The position numbers and the translations under genes are program-made. Below are positions 11,698 to 26,460 of a DNA stretch of 64,000 nt, in pieces. Under the pieces are notes generated by a model. That model saw only the letters and a program-made list of their open reading frames with translations. It searched no databases and was not told where the DNA came from. Within the stretch, counting starts at the first letter, position 1, and the number at the start of each line of letters is the position of its first letter. The stretch comes from the human T2T-CHM13v2.0 reference genome, Homo sapiens: the NCBI RefSeq assembly GCF_009914755.1, contig NC_060931.1. The stretch is one strand, 5' to 3'.

Positions 11698-14600
11698 GTT
11701 TTTAGTTTTATTTATTTTTATATTTCTTATCTTTATAGATTGAGGGTGCAAAATGTAGTTGCATTACATGGATATAATGCATAGTAGTGAGATCTGGGCT
11801 TTTATTGTAACCATTACCCAAATAGAATACATTGTACCTACTAGATAATTTCTCATCTCTCACCTTCTCCCATCCTCCCACTTTTCTGAGTATCCAATAT
11901 CTATTGTTTTATTCTGTATATCTATGTGTACACATTATTTATCTCCCACTTGTCAGTGAGAACATTCAGTATTGGACTGTTTCTGAGTTATTTCACTTAA
12001 GATAACGGCCTCCAGTTCCATCCATGTTGCTGCAAAAGACATATTTTATTCTTTTTTATGGCTGAGTAGTATTCCTTGGTATGTATATAGGTATACACAT
12101 ACCACATTTTCTTTATCCAATCATCCATTCATTGGTGGATACTAAAGTTGATTCCGTGTCTTTGCAATTATGAATAGTGCTGTGATAAATATGTGAGTGC
12201 AATTATCTTTTGGATATATTGATTTCCTTTCCTTTGGGTAGATGCCCAGTAGTGGGATTGCTGGATCTCATGGTAGCTCTATTTTTAGTGCTCTAACACA
12301 TTTCCATACTGTTTTCCATATAAGTAGTACTAATTTACATTCTCATCAACAGCAATAGTAATGTTTCCTTTTCTCTACATCCTTGCCAACATTTGCTGCT
12401 TTTTAAATTTTTACTAATACCCATTCTGACTGGTGTAAAGTGATATCTCATTGTGGTTTTAATTGCATTTCCCTGGTGATTGGTGATGATAAACATTTTT
12501 TCATATGCTTGTTATTCAATATATGTCTTCTTTTGCAAAATATCTGTTCCTGTCTTTGCTCACCTTTTAATGAAATTGATTTTTTTCTTATTGAGTTGTT
12601 TGAGTTTCTTGAAGATTCTGGATATTAGTTCTTTGTTGGATGCACACTTTGCAATATTTTCTACCATTCTGTCTTTTTACCCTGTTGATTATTTATTTTG
12701 ATGTGCAGAAGCTTTTTAGTTTACTTAAGTCCCATTTGTCTATTTTAGGTCCTGTTGCATTTGCTTTTGATGTCTTAATCCTAAATTCTGTGTCTAGGCC
12801 AATGCCCAGAAGAGTTTTTCCTAGGTTTTCTTCTAAGATTTTTATAGTTTCTGGTCTTACATTTAAGTCTTTAACCCATCTTGAGTTAATGTTTGTACAC
12901 GATGAGAGACATGGATCAGTTTCATTCTTCTGCGTATGACTATCCAGTTTTCCCAGCACCATTTGTTGAATAGAATGTTCCTTCCCCAGTGTATGAGTTT
13001 GCTGACTTTGTCAAAGATAAGTTGACTGGCTTATTTCTGGGTCCCCATTATGTTCCCTTGATCTGTATGTCTATTTTTATACCAGAACCATAATGTTTTG
13101 GTTACCATAACCTTGTAGTATAATTTGAAGTCAGGTAATATGATGCCTCCAGAATATTTATTTTTGCTTAGCATTGCTTTGGCTATTTAGGTTGTTTTTT
13201 GGTTCTGTGTGAATTTTAAGATTTTCTTTCTAATTCTGTGAAAACTGACATTAGCAATTCGATAGTAATTGCATTGAATCTGCAAAATGCTTTGGGCAGC
13301 ATCATCATTTTAATATTAACTCTTCTAATACATGAGCATGGGATGTTTTTTCCATTTGTGTTGTCTATGATTTCTTTCATCAGTTGTATTGTAGTTTTTA
13401 TCACAGAGATCTTTCACTTACTTGGTTAAATGTGTTTCTTGGTATGGTAATTTTTTGTAGCTATTATAAATGAGATTGAGCTCTTGATTTTGTTCTCAGT
13501 TTGTTCATTATTAGTGTATAGAAGTGCTACAGATGTTTAGATGTTGATTTTATATCCTGAAATGCTATTGAATTTATTTATCAAATCTAGAAAAGTCTTT
13601 TGGGGGGAGTCTTTAGGGTTTTCTAATTATGGTACCATATCATCAGCAAACAGAAATAATTTGACTTCCTTTTTTCCAATTTGGATGCCTTTCATTTCTT
13701 TTTCTTGCCTGATTGCTCTGGCTAGGACTTGTAGTACTATGTTGAATGGCCATGATGAAAATATGCGTTTTTGTCTTGTTCCAATTCTTAGGGGGAATGC
13801 TTTCATCTTTTCCCCATTAAATATAATGTTGGTTGTGTTTTTCATAATTGGCTTTTATTATTTTGAGGTATTTTCTGTATACCTAGTTTATTGAGGATTT
13901 TTTATCAATAGGAAATTTTAATAAATGCTTTTCTCTAAGTTTATTGAGATGATTTTATGGTTTTTGTTTTTTAATTCTGTTCACGTGGTGAATGGATTAC
14001 ATTTATTGATTTGTGTATTTTTGAACTACCCTAGTAGGCCTAGAATAAAACCCACTTGATTTTGGCATATTGTCTTTTTGATGAGCTGTTAGATTCATGT
14101 GCTAGTATTCTGTTGAGAATTTTTGCGTCTATTTTTATCAAAGATATTCATCTATAGTTTCTTTTTTGTTGTTGCTGTGTCCTTGCCTGACTTTGATATT
14201 AGGATGATACTGGCTGAGCAGATTGAGTTAAAGAGTAGTCCTTCCTCCTTAATTTTTAGGATTGGTCCCAGTCCTTCTTTATGCATTTGGTAGAATTTGA
14301 CTGTGAATCCATCTGGTCCTGGGTTTGTTCTGGGAGTGGAGGGTGGATTTCTTATTACTGATCAAATCTCTCTACTTATTATGCATCTGTTAAGGATATC
14401 TATTTCTTCCAGTTCAGTCTTAGGGGGTTATATGTTTCCAGAAATGTATCCATTTCCTCTAGGTTTTCTACCTTGTGGGCATACGGATGTTCATAGCAGT
14501 CTCTGATGATTTATTGTATTTCTGTGATATCAGTTGTAATGTCTCCTTTTTCATTTCTGATTGTACTTACATGAATCTTCATTCTTTCCTTGGTTATTCT

Positions 14601-16975
14601 AGCTGGCAGTCTGTTGATTTTGTTTACCTTTTCAGAGAATAAACTTTTAATTATGTTGATGCTTTTTATTCCTTTGCTCAATTTCATTTAGTTCTGCTCT
14701 GATCTTTTTCTTTTCTTCTGCAAGCTCGAAGTAGGTTTGTTCTTGTTTTTCTAGTTCCTTGAGGTGCAACATTAGTTTGTGAATTTGTGGTCTTTTTATC
14801 CTTTTTGTGTAGGCATTTAACACTACAAAATTCCTTTTAATGCTGCTTTTGCTGTATCCCAGAGGTTTGGGGACCATTGTAGCTCTGTTTTCATGTTTCA
14901 GATTATTTTTTAAAATCCATCTTAATTTCATTATTGACCTAAAGATTTTTCAGAAGCAGGTTTTTTAATTTCTATGTGTTTGTATAGCTTCAAGACTTCT
15001 TTGAATTGATTTCAAGTTTTATTCCACTGTGGCATGAAAAGACATTTGATATGATTTCCACTTTTTAAAATTTATTGAGTTTTTTGTTACCTAACATACA
15101 GTCAATCTTAAAAAAGAGTGTATGTTAAGCACTTGTTGGGTAGAATGTTTTGTAAATGTCTGTTAGGTCTACTTGATCTACGGTCTACTTAAGCCTAGTG
15201 TTTCGTTCTTTATGTTTCTGTCTTGATGATGTCTACTGCTGTCTGTGAAATGTTGAAAGTCTCCACTATAATATATTGCTATCTCCTTTTTTATATCTAG
15301 TAATATTTGTTTTATGAATCTGGCTGCTCTGGTGTTGGGTGTGTGTATACATATTTAGAATTGTTACATCTTCTGGTTCAATTGATCCCTTTATCATTAT
15401 ATAATGACCTCCCTTTTCTTATTTTACATTGTTGATTTAAAGTCTGTCTATCTGATGTAAGTACAGACACTCCTCTCCCTTTTTGTTTCTGTTCATATGA
15501 AATACATTTTCCCACTCTTCTGCCTTAAGTCTATAAGTGTCTTTGTTAGTGTGATGGATTTCTTTTAAGAAGCCTATGGTTGGATCCTGTTTTTTTTTTT
15601 TTATTCATTATTCCAATATGTATATTTTAAGTTGAACATTTAATTCATTTACATTCAAAGTTAACATTGATATGCGTGGTTTTGTTTTTGTGACAATTTT
15701 AAAATTTACTCTGCCAATCTATATTTTTGGAGTGGAACATTTAATTTATTTGTGTTCAAAGTCAATATTAATACATAAAGTTTTTTTCCTCTCATAATGT
15801 TGTTAACTAGTTGCTTTGTACTCACAATTGTGTAATTGTTTTATAAGACCTGTGAGTTTCATACTTTCATCTGTTTTTATCATGGCAGCTATAGATGTTT
15901 TATTTCCATATTTAGAACTCCCTTGAGCATTTCTTATAGGCAAGTCCAGTAGTGACCGATTCCCTTAGTGTTTGCTTTGTCTGGAAAATGCTTTATTTTT
16001 CCTTTATTTATGAAGCTTAGTTTAGCAGTAGACAAAATTCATGGTTGGCAGTTTTTTTCTTCTTTAAGAAGTTTGAAAGTAGGACCCCATTCTTTACTGG
16101 CTCATAATGTTTCTGGTGACAAAACAACTATTAGTTTGATGGGATTTCCTTTCTAGGTATTGACATGGACAGGAGGCAGGAAATACTAGGTAGAAAAGGG
16201 CAGAGTCCCTGATGAGGGCGCCACCCTCAAGCCTGGACCCGCAGCCCAAAGTGAGAACATGCATTCCTGTTTTCTTACACAAATGTTGCCTCTCCCAAAC
16301 CACCCTGGCCTGTGTCGCCCCCTGTCCTGTACCCATAAAAACCCCAGGCTCCACTAGCAGAGCATCAGAGCAGCAGAGAAAGAGAGAAAAGAAGCAACCA
16401 GACATCAGAGAGAAGCAGCTTGACTTCAGAGGAACAGCTTGATAGTGGGACCTTGGAGAATAGTTTGGCTGTTCCTGGCCAGGGGAAGACCACTTTCTCA
16501 CTCCATCTCCTTTACAGCTCCCCATCCCACTGACAGCAACTTCCCACCACTCAATAAAATACTCCACATTCACCACCCTTTCAATTCGTTCACACGACCT
16601 GATTCTTCCTGGATGCCGGACAAGGACAGGTGCAAGAAGTGGTCACACTGACCCTCCGCTGAGCTGTGTAACACTTAAGCCTTCCATGGATGGCAAAGCT
16701 AAGAGATCATACTGCAATACAAGCCCTCTGGGGCTTCAGGGGTCACAGGCAACCCCTAGACACCACCGCGGGCCCACAAGGAGTTCTGTTCATGCTGGTT
16801 GCCCAGAAGCGCTCATCCTGGACCCTGCACCCACTCCCCTGCATACTCTCCATGCCATGAGGGTCTGAGCACTGCACTACAGGCTGAGTAAATGAGCCAA
16901 CCCTTTTGCGAGTCCCATGAAAGGGTAAAGGAAATGATCCTATTTCAGTATTAGACTCTTTTCTCTTGCTGATTG
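11698..16975 (-). mobile_element. L1PB (L1PB3/4-like) LINE-1, 5'-truncated within ORF1, interrupted by MER50
   Basis: L1PB-type 3' UTR at 11740-12060; ORF2-like peptides in the track (12693-12962, 13627-13845 with LFADDM, 14647-14931); many stops and frameshifts; sequence resumes after the LTR at 16948. Confidence 0.9.
16161..16947 (+). mobile_element. MER50-family ERV1 solo LTR
   Basis: TG...CA termini (tgacatggacaggaggcagg ... tatttca), perfect 4-bp TSD GTAT (16157-16160, 16948-16951), TATA-like cataaaa near 16334, AATAAA at 16553. Confidence 0.9.
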
Positions 16976-17049
16976 GAATTCTGGAAGTAAGGAGTTTGGG
17001 GGAATAATAAACACAAACAAGAGCACAAACAATAGGAGTAAATCTTATG

Positions 17050-17290
17050 TATCATATCTAGCATGCTCAACTACATTATCTAGACCATTTTCTGGAAGAA
17101 TGAAAACCCTCCCTTTTTCCACAGACTTGTATTCTATTGGGAAACTATAGACAATAAACTTAAAAACAAACATATAAATATTATACTATGTAAAGATGAA
17201 CACTATAAGCAAAATACAGAAAAATAAGAGATGAGACAGAGATAGGTTAGGGGTAGAGATATACTGTATTAGTTAAAGGAGTGAATGATA
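17050..17290 (-). mobile_element. L2 3' fragment
   Basis: cacagacttgtattctattgggaaactatagacaataaac ... resembles the L2a 3' end. Confidence 0.5.
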
Positions 17291-20200
17291 AGAAGTGGGA
17301 ATATAACTTAATTTTTTTTTTGCTAATACTAATTTTCTCCAAATTACTTTTTAAGTAGTCCACACTTCCCCACATATTTTAAATGCCAAATTCCCATATG
17401 CTCATGAATCTGAGGTATATTCATTTTCAAACTTGGAATGAGGAGTAGGAAGGCATTGAAGATGAAGAGTAGCACTAAATTTTCTGGACAATGTCATTAT
17501 TTTAGACCTTGCAGCATTATCAAAACTCTTTGCAAAGTAAGGTCTTAATGTGTACTTATGAGGCTTATAAGCACTGAAAAAAAACAGATGCTTTATATTC
17601 CTTGAATAAGAGGCAATTTGACCATTACAGAAAAATAATTATCTGCAATTTACTTTGTAATTACAAAACAAGACATTCCCAATATCTTCTCTTAGTATTT
17701 TTTGTATTAAATTTTATTAGCATGTGGAAGTTATTTTGATTATTTTGCATAAAATCATTGCTAGTAATTACTCTCTTCAGCTCTTTCTTCCACAGAAAAA
17801 GGAATGACATTCTGTTACACACAATACTATTGGCTCACTTGATTCAGTAGTAAACACTATCGTTATATAAAAATAGAGTTGAATATTATTATAATGTATT
17901 TCTGAAAAGAAACAAGTTTAAAACTTAAGTTTTAAGGGGAAAATGACATTTTTGGAAACAATATGGTCTTAAAAAAAAAGGTATCTCCCTTGGTTGACAA
18001 TGTAAATTTTGTAACTAATCATATGCCTTCTTTGCTTTGGCCACAAAAAACTACTGAACCAAATGTGTAGCCCACTTCTAAAAACTGTATTTTACTCACC
18101 TCTGTATATTGGCTTAACTCACACTATTATTTCCCATGGTAATATATTCCTGTGTTATAATCTTTTGATAAATTTAATATATTAAATTATAAGAAAACTG
18201 CCTCAAATTTTCTGTAGAATGAATCTGAGTAAAGTCATATTTATGAGATATAAAAGCAGCTCAAAAACACAAGCAGCACAATAATGTAAATAACTGTAGA
18301 AACAGCAGCAAAGAGCATTAGTGGTAAGATAAATAAAATGAAGCCAGGGATGTAGTGTGTGCCATAAGATCCCGCACACTTCTTAGAATTGGGCCACGAA
18401 TTTGTCCTGAGCATTCTAGAAATCACTGTCAAGGGTAAAAGATTCTCAGTTATTTGATTTGTAGTGTTCAAAGTCAAGAAAAAGTTAGGGATTTCTAACC
18501 ATTCTAGTTTCTAAGACTGAGTGAATTTTGTCTCCTGCATCTTCATAAGACAATACATTCTGATGCATTAAACACTATCATCAACAATATTCCAATCATA
18601 AATAAAACAACTCTCATAGCACTGTTTTAATAGCACTCTCCTGGTAACACACTTTAGCAGAGGAAATTTTATGAGGGATCAGGGCAGTGTATCCATGTAC
18701 ATAATTTTGCAATTAATTGGCCATATCCAAGGGTAAAGCTTTCTGTTCGGGGGCTTGACCTTTGAGCTTTTGATAAAGCTTTAGCATCAATAAATTCCAT
18801 TTTCTCTGATATAGTAAATATTCACAGAGCTGAAATTCTGTATTGATAGCTGAAATTCTGTGTTGATAATTCAGAAAGTCCCATATGTTTTCACAGTAAG
18901 CAAATAGTGGTCAAAATTTAAACACTATTGTGATAGCTAAGGAACCAAGTGAAGACTCATACCTGAAAGACAGGTTTTCCTACACATTTATAATTTAAAA
19001 TTAATGGCATAAATGCATAAATAAGTATAAGTAATTCCAGTGTTACAAATAAACACAACATTCTCTTAGCAGGTTTTACATATACATTTCTTTGCACATA
19101 CCTTCATTCAATATATATTAGAGCAAGATATTTATAAGGTTTTAGTACCATTTGAACCAAACAAGACGCTTAAATTTCTCTAATTGGAAAATGGAACTGA
19201 TAACACTTAACCTGCAGTGATATTGTAAAAATAAGAGTAATGAGTGCTTGACAGGCACTGCACATGTAGTTTCTATATTCTCTATACTGTATGCATTCCA
19301 TATAAAGCAATAATATTGACAAATTATCATAAGATTGCTAGAGTTTTGTTTAATTACTGAGTTTCTATATTACAATGCATATTTATCCTGCTTTTAAAAT
19401 TGCATCTTGGACTTTAATGTGTTTTAACCAAGGCATTATAAGATATATGGTAAAACTAACAAAGACAACCAACAGACATAACAATCACACTTCAATATAA
19501 AACCATTTTAAGAAGCAATAGTTTCTATTGCTGCCTTGCCTGAGTAGGCACTCATGTAAATGTGTTGTTTCCACATCAAGGATTTAAAACATTTTCTACA
19601 ACTCACGGCTAGCTTTTGACTTAGATAAGGAAGTGAATTGGAATGAAGTAACAGTTCTATATTAGGTAGTTACACTAAGCTACTTCTATATTTAAATTTT
19701 GAAGGTATCACTAATAACCCAGAACACATGTATTTTGGCATATTTTTAAGAATCAGTTTTGTGTTGACCCCACTGCTTCTTCCGCATGGCTAATGGAACA
19801 TATTTGTAAGCTCCCTAAATTGGAAGTTAAAATTTATGACATGAAATAGGAATTAAAATGGCATCAGTAGAGATTGCATGTACCACTACCATACCTTGAT
19901 TAATGCCATATTTTGTTCAACTGACCTGATACTGCAGAAGGACAAACATAATTCAAGTATAACTCCTCTTGAGACAATAAGTTACTACTGAATTTCTGCA
20001 TTTTGTTTTATGAGAATTGTGTAATTTCCCATGTGTTACATCATAAGAATCTGTACTTATAATACTCTTACTGTCCAAAGTTTAGCAATCGTTTCTGCTT
20101 AAATCTATTCAGTGTAAAATTAATAACAGAAATCTATTTCTCAAATATTTCCAAAGAAATTCAGTATCATTTTTCTGATATAAGAAGTAATTATATTCCT

Positions 20201-20996
20201 ATTTATATCATATAAGTGCTATACAATTGCTAGTGTTATTTCAAATATGTTCTTAATGGAGGTAGTTATTTAAAATCATTTTCAATATAGTGTAAGGATT
20301 CTCAGATAATTATACAATACAATTTGTTAATAAAATAAAATGGTAACTTTTTAGTTTGAAAGATAGAGTTTAACTTAACTATTTCAGAAGAACACACACT
20401 TTTGAAATATTCGTTAACAAACTGCATGTTTAAATGTCATCTGTTAATACATCTTTTCCAAAATTGATATGCTGTAATCTGGATTTAGTATATACATGGG
20501 AAAAACTCAACTAATAAAGCTAATGATTCCTATTCAAAATTTAAATTGATGTGGATCTTTGTTTAAATCTTAGAAAATCTCTAATTATTTTATTCTGTTT
20601 TTGACACCAAGTTTTGTTGCCAAGAAAGAGAAATATGCACTGCAATAGTGTGGAGGATTTACCAACATTCTGATGTAAAAATCTGGCATGGTCCCACATT
20701 CACAGAAGGTGTGTGAAGATGGCATTGAAAAGCACGTTGTGTACATAAAGTTTATCATTTGACAGTGAGAAAGTCTTAGGGAGGAAAATAATTATGTCTT
20801 GGCCTGAGTTCACTGTAAAGAAATATTAATACTACCCCCACATGCCTATAATTTTATTTTTTTAGAAGACAGTACTTAATTTCTAAAACTAAATGCTCTG
20901 AAACTATATTCAGTACTATACAGTCTGTCAGGCTACATTTTCTCGAACAATATTTTCAGTGGCACAAAGATCCTGTAGTGTTTCCCAACCAATATT

Positions 20997-21300
20997 GTTT
21001 TGATTTGTTTTGTTTTGTTTTTGAGACAGAGTCTCACACTGTCACCCAGGCTAATGCAATAGCATGATCTTGGCTCACTCCAACCTCTGCCTCCTGGGTT
21101 CAAGTGATTCTCGTGCCTCAGCCTCCTGAGTAGTTGGGACTACAGGCATGCACCACCATGCCCAGCTAATTTTTGTATTTTTAGTAGAGACGTGGTTTCA
21201 CCATACTGGCCGGGCTGGTCTTGAACTCCTGTCCTCAGGTGATCACCTGCCTCAGCCTCCCAAACTCTGGGATTACAGGCATGAGCCACTGTGCCTGGCC
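20997..21300 (-). mobile_element. AluS (Sx/Sz6-like)
   Basis: Full dimer, (TTTTG)n tail, degenerate TSD beginning caaccaa on both sides. Confidence 0.93.
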
Positions 21301-22347
21301 CAACCAACCATTTTAACTACTCAAAAATGATATTCCATTGATAGTTCTCTGAACTGTGGTTTCACAGTAACTACTTTTTCATGCTTACTTCTGAATCCAC
21401 CCCAGAACATGTCCTCTCTTTCTATCAGGAGGGATTCTTCAGTGTCCCACTAATAAACTTAAGTTTTATTTAACTAACGTATGGCATGAATAGCATGTTC
21501 TAGGAAGGTAGAAAGAGACAGGACATGTAAGATAATGTTAATCATATAGAGAATATGTACAATACCTTATGTGTAATTACAGTCTGTTAATTTTTTTGAC
21601 ATCAGCTTGTCTTTTTTAATCCAGATTTATTGAGGTATGATTGATAAATAAAAATTATATATATATATACAGTACACAGGTGATGTTTTCATATACTTAT
21701 ACATTAAGAAATAATTACCACAATCATGCTAATTAAAATATCCATCATCACACATATTTACCTTTTTTCGTGGTGAAAATACTTGAAATCCACTCCCCAA
21801 GGAAATTTCAAGCATACTATATATTACTATTAACGCTAGTCACCATGTTGTACCATAGGTCTGCATAATTTATTCATGTTAAATTGAAAATTTGTACTGT
21901 TTGAACAATATTCCTCCTTTTCCAGCATACCCCAGGCCCTGGTAACCATCATTGTACTCTCTGCTTCTATGAGTTTAACTTTCTTAAATTCTGCATATAA
22001 GTAAGATCATGCAGTAGTTAGCTTTCCACGTCTGGTTTGTTTCAGTTAGCACAATACCTTCTAGGTTAATACATGTAGCCATGAATAGCATGGTTTCCTT
22101 GTATTTTAAGACAAAATAACATTTTCATTATCTATGTATACCACATTTTCTTTACCTATTAATCTGTCAATGGACACTTAGATTGTTTGCATATTTTGAC
22201 TATTATGAATTATGCCACAATGAACATGAGAGTCTAAATGTATTTTTATGATAGTTATTTTATTTCTTTCAGATATGTACCAAAAAGGGGGATTACAAGA
22301 TCATATGGTAGTTCTATTTTTAATGTTTTATGAAATCTTCATAGTAT

Positions 22348-22679
22348 GTTTTTCCTTTTCTTTTTTTTTTTTTTTTTTTTTTTTTGAGACAGAGTCTCAC
22401 TCTTGTCACCCAGGCTGGAGTACAGTGACACAATCTCAGCTTAGCTCACTGCAACTTGCAACTTCCACCTCCCAAGTTCAAGCTATTTTCCAGCCTCAGC
22501 CTCTCGAGTAGCTGGGATTACAGGCGCACACCACCATGCCGGGCGAATTTTTTGTATTTTTAGTAGAGACAGGATTTAACCATGCTGGCCAGGCTGGTCT
22601 CAAACTCCTGACCTCGTGATGTGCCCACCTCAGCCTCCCAAAGTGCTGGGATTAAAGGCATGAGCCACCGGGCCCAGCC
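22348..22679 (-). mobile_element. AluSg-like
   Basis: acctcgtgat (2-bp deletion class) with ggccaggctggtctc; long poly-T; TSD tcttcatagtat/tctttgtagtat. Confidence 0.92.
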
Positions 22680-22795
22680 CTCTTTGTAGTATTTTTATAA
22701 TGGCTCTAACAATTTACATTCCCATCAACAGTAAAGATTCTCTTTTCTAAACATCTTTGTCAACACTTGTTATTTTCTGTCTCTTTAAAAATACC

Positions 22796-23495
<700 letters not shown>

Positions 23496-24958
23496 ACGCT
23501 TTTTATGCATATGTTGAGATGATCATATGACTTTTATTTATTCTATTCATGTGGTGTATTTTATTTAACAATTCGTGTACATTGAATAATATTTATACCC
23601 TAGGGAAAAACCCTATTTGATAATGGTTTATGATCTTTCTAATGTACTGTGGAATTTGGTTTGCTGGTATTTTGTGAAAGATTTTTTGCATCTGTGTTAA
23701 TCAGAGATATTAGTCTGTAATTTTTTTTTTCATGTAGTATCTTTGCCTGGCTTTGGTAATTGGGTAATTCCGACCTCATAAAATGAGTTAGGATGTTTCT
23801 CTTCTTCAATTTTTTTAGAAGAGTTTGAAAAGGTTTGATATTAATTCTTCTTTAAATGTTTGGTAGATTCAGCAATGAAGGCATCTGGTCTTGCACTTTT
23901 ATTTTTGAAGGTTTGTGATTACTGATTCAATCTTCTTATGTGTTATTGTTCTGTTCAGATTTTCTATCTCTTCATGATTCAGTTTTGGTTGGTTTTATGT
24001 TTCCAGGAATTTGTTCATTTCTTTTAGATATCTGATTTATTGGAATATACATTTTCACAGTAGTCTCCTAGAATCTTTGTATTTTTATGGCAACTGTTGT
24101 AATGCCTTTCATTTCTGACTGTATTTATTTAGTTTTCTCTCTTCTCTCTTGATTAGTCTAGCTAAAGCTTTGTTGAGTTTATTTTTTCAAAAAAGCGACT
24201 CTTAGTTTTGTTGACATTTTCTATTGTTTTTCTTGTGTCTGTTTCAATTATTTGTCCTCTGATCTCTGTTATTTCCTTCCTTCTACCAACTTCGGATTTA
24301 TATGGTCATTCTTTTTCTAGTTCCTTGAGGTGTAATGTTAGATTGTCTAGTTTCAAACTTTCTTTTCTTTACGTAAGCATTTATTACTAGAAACTTTCTG
24401 CTCAAGATTGCTTTTGCTGCATCTTATAAGTTTTGGTATGTTGTGTGTCCTTTTTCACTATCTCAAGATACTAATTTATACTTGATTTCTTTTTGATTTA
24501 CACTTTGACCCATCACTTGATCAGAAACTTGTTAATTTCTATTTTTTTTTTTAGCTTTCTAACTTCTTTCCTATTATTGATTTCTACTTTCATATTATTG
24601 TGGTGGAAAAAGATGCTTGATTTTATTTTAGTCTTAAAATATGCTGAGACTTGTTTTGTGGACTAACATATGACCTATCCTGGAGAATGTTCTATGTGAG
24701 CATACAAAGAATGAGTGTTCTATTGCTGTTGAGTGGAATGCTTTGTATATGTCTGTTAGGTTACATTTGGTCTAAAATGTAGTTTAAGTTCAATATTTTC
24801 TTATTGATTTTCTATCAATATGATCTGTACTTTGATGAAAGTGGGGTACAGAAATCCCCAACTCTTATTGTATTTTTGTCTATTTCTCCCTTCATATCTG
24901 TTAATATTTGATTTATATATGTAGGAACTTCGTATTGGATATACATATGTATATTATT

Positions 24959-25270
<312 letters not shown>

Positions 25271-25448
25271 TACATATGTATATTATTTTTATAACCTTTT
25301 GAATAATTGACCTTTTTATCATTACACAATAACCTTCTTTGCCTCTTCTTCTTGACTAAAAGTCTATTTTGTTAAACTATAGCTACCCTTCCTTACTTTT
25401 ATTATTTGCATAGAATATCATTTTCCATTTTTTATTTTCAGTTTATGT

Positions 25449-25557
25449 CTTCCTTCCTTCCTCCCTCCCTCCTTCCTTCCTCCCTCCCTCCCTTCCTTCC
25501 CTCTTTCCTTCCTTCGTTCCTTCTTCCTTCTTTCTTTCTTTCTTCTTTCTTTCTTTC
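25449..25557. repeat. (CCTT)n/(CTTT)n pyrimidine microsatellite, probably a decayed retro-tail
   Basis: Directly visible; sits where the host L1 breaks off. Confidence 0.93.
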
Positions 25558-25966
25558 CTATTCACTTTATTTTAAGGAAATTCCATGCTATAGTTATTCT
25601 TAACATAAAAACGCTTTAACTTTATGTAGACAAATGATACCAGCAAAAATGGGACCACATTTTTAAAATATAAAATCTTCCATTATAAAATCATGAAATC
25701 AATGTAGTAATATTAGTAATTTTGAAATTATTGGATGGTTTTTAGAAATAGCATTTTTAAACTGAGCTGTGTCTCCTCTCAGCAGGTGGAGTCCCTATTC
25801 AAAAGACTAAATGTCTTCAACATAGATAAATAAAATGTTACATAAGCTGATGATTATAGATTATAATTGGTGAATGTCAACAGAATTCAGAACAATGTTA
25901 CATGTTTTTGACTGCCACCTGCTATATTTGAAGTAATAATCATCACCCTTTTAAAAATTGTGTGTA

Positions 25967-26210
25967 GCCACGTGTTCTCACTCATAGGTGGGAAGTGAAC
26001 AATGAGAACACTTGGACACAGGGTGGGGAACATCACACACTGGGGCCTGTCGTGGGGTGGGGGGCAGTGGGAGAGATAGCACTGGGAGAAATACCTAATG
26101 TAAATGACGGGTTGATGGGTACAGTGGGCCAGCATGGCACATGTATACCTATGTAACAAGCTTGCACGTTGTGCACATGTACTCTAGAACTTAAAGTATA
26201 ATAAAAAAAA
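25967..26210 (+). mobile_element. L1PA5/6-like 3' fragment
   Basis: L1PA 3' UTR ending cttaaagtataataaaaaaaa; 14-bp TSD aaaaattgtgtgta (25953-25966, 26206-26219) at a TTTT/AAAA site. Confidence 0.93.
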
Positions 26211-26460
26211 TTGTGTGTATTTACCATGTCCAACATGATGTTTTCGAGTATACATGCATTGCATAATAAATAAATTTAATTATTTAACATATTCATTACT
26301 TCATGTAGTAAGAACAGTTATCCACTGTATTAGCATTTTTAAGAATACTATATATTGTTATTAACTATATTTGTTATGACATACAATATATTTCTTGAAT
26401 GTATTTCTCCTAACTGAAACTTTTTATTTTTTAATCAATATCTTTCAACCCACCCTTCTT
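26211..26460 (-). mobile_element. Separate L1MA7/8-like 3' UTR fragment (begins ~25953, split by the L1PA)
   Basis: caacatgatgtttt ... tattgttattaactata ... cctaactgaaac; distinct from the host L1, which resumes at ~26461. Confidence 0.8.

Noticed and set aside
16094-16868. 160-aa minus ORF and overlapping ORFs
   Set aside because: Lie within the GC-rich MER50 LTR; no recognisable domain.
18100-18211. Other consensus minus-strand donors (18100, 31800, 48111, ~60953)
   Set aside because: Acceptors are weak or give atypical exon sizes; such 9-mers are expected by chance in 64 kb.
18828-18868. 20-22 bp two-copy tandem duplications (also ~37829-37870, ~39811-39853, ~55131-55185)
   Set aside because: Ordinary slippage duplications without spacers; not CRISPR-like or a functional array.
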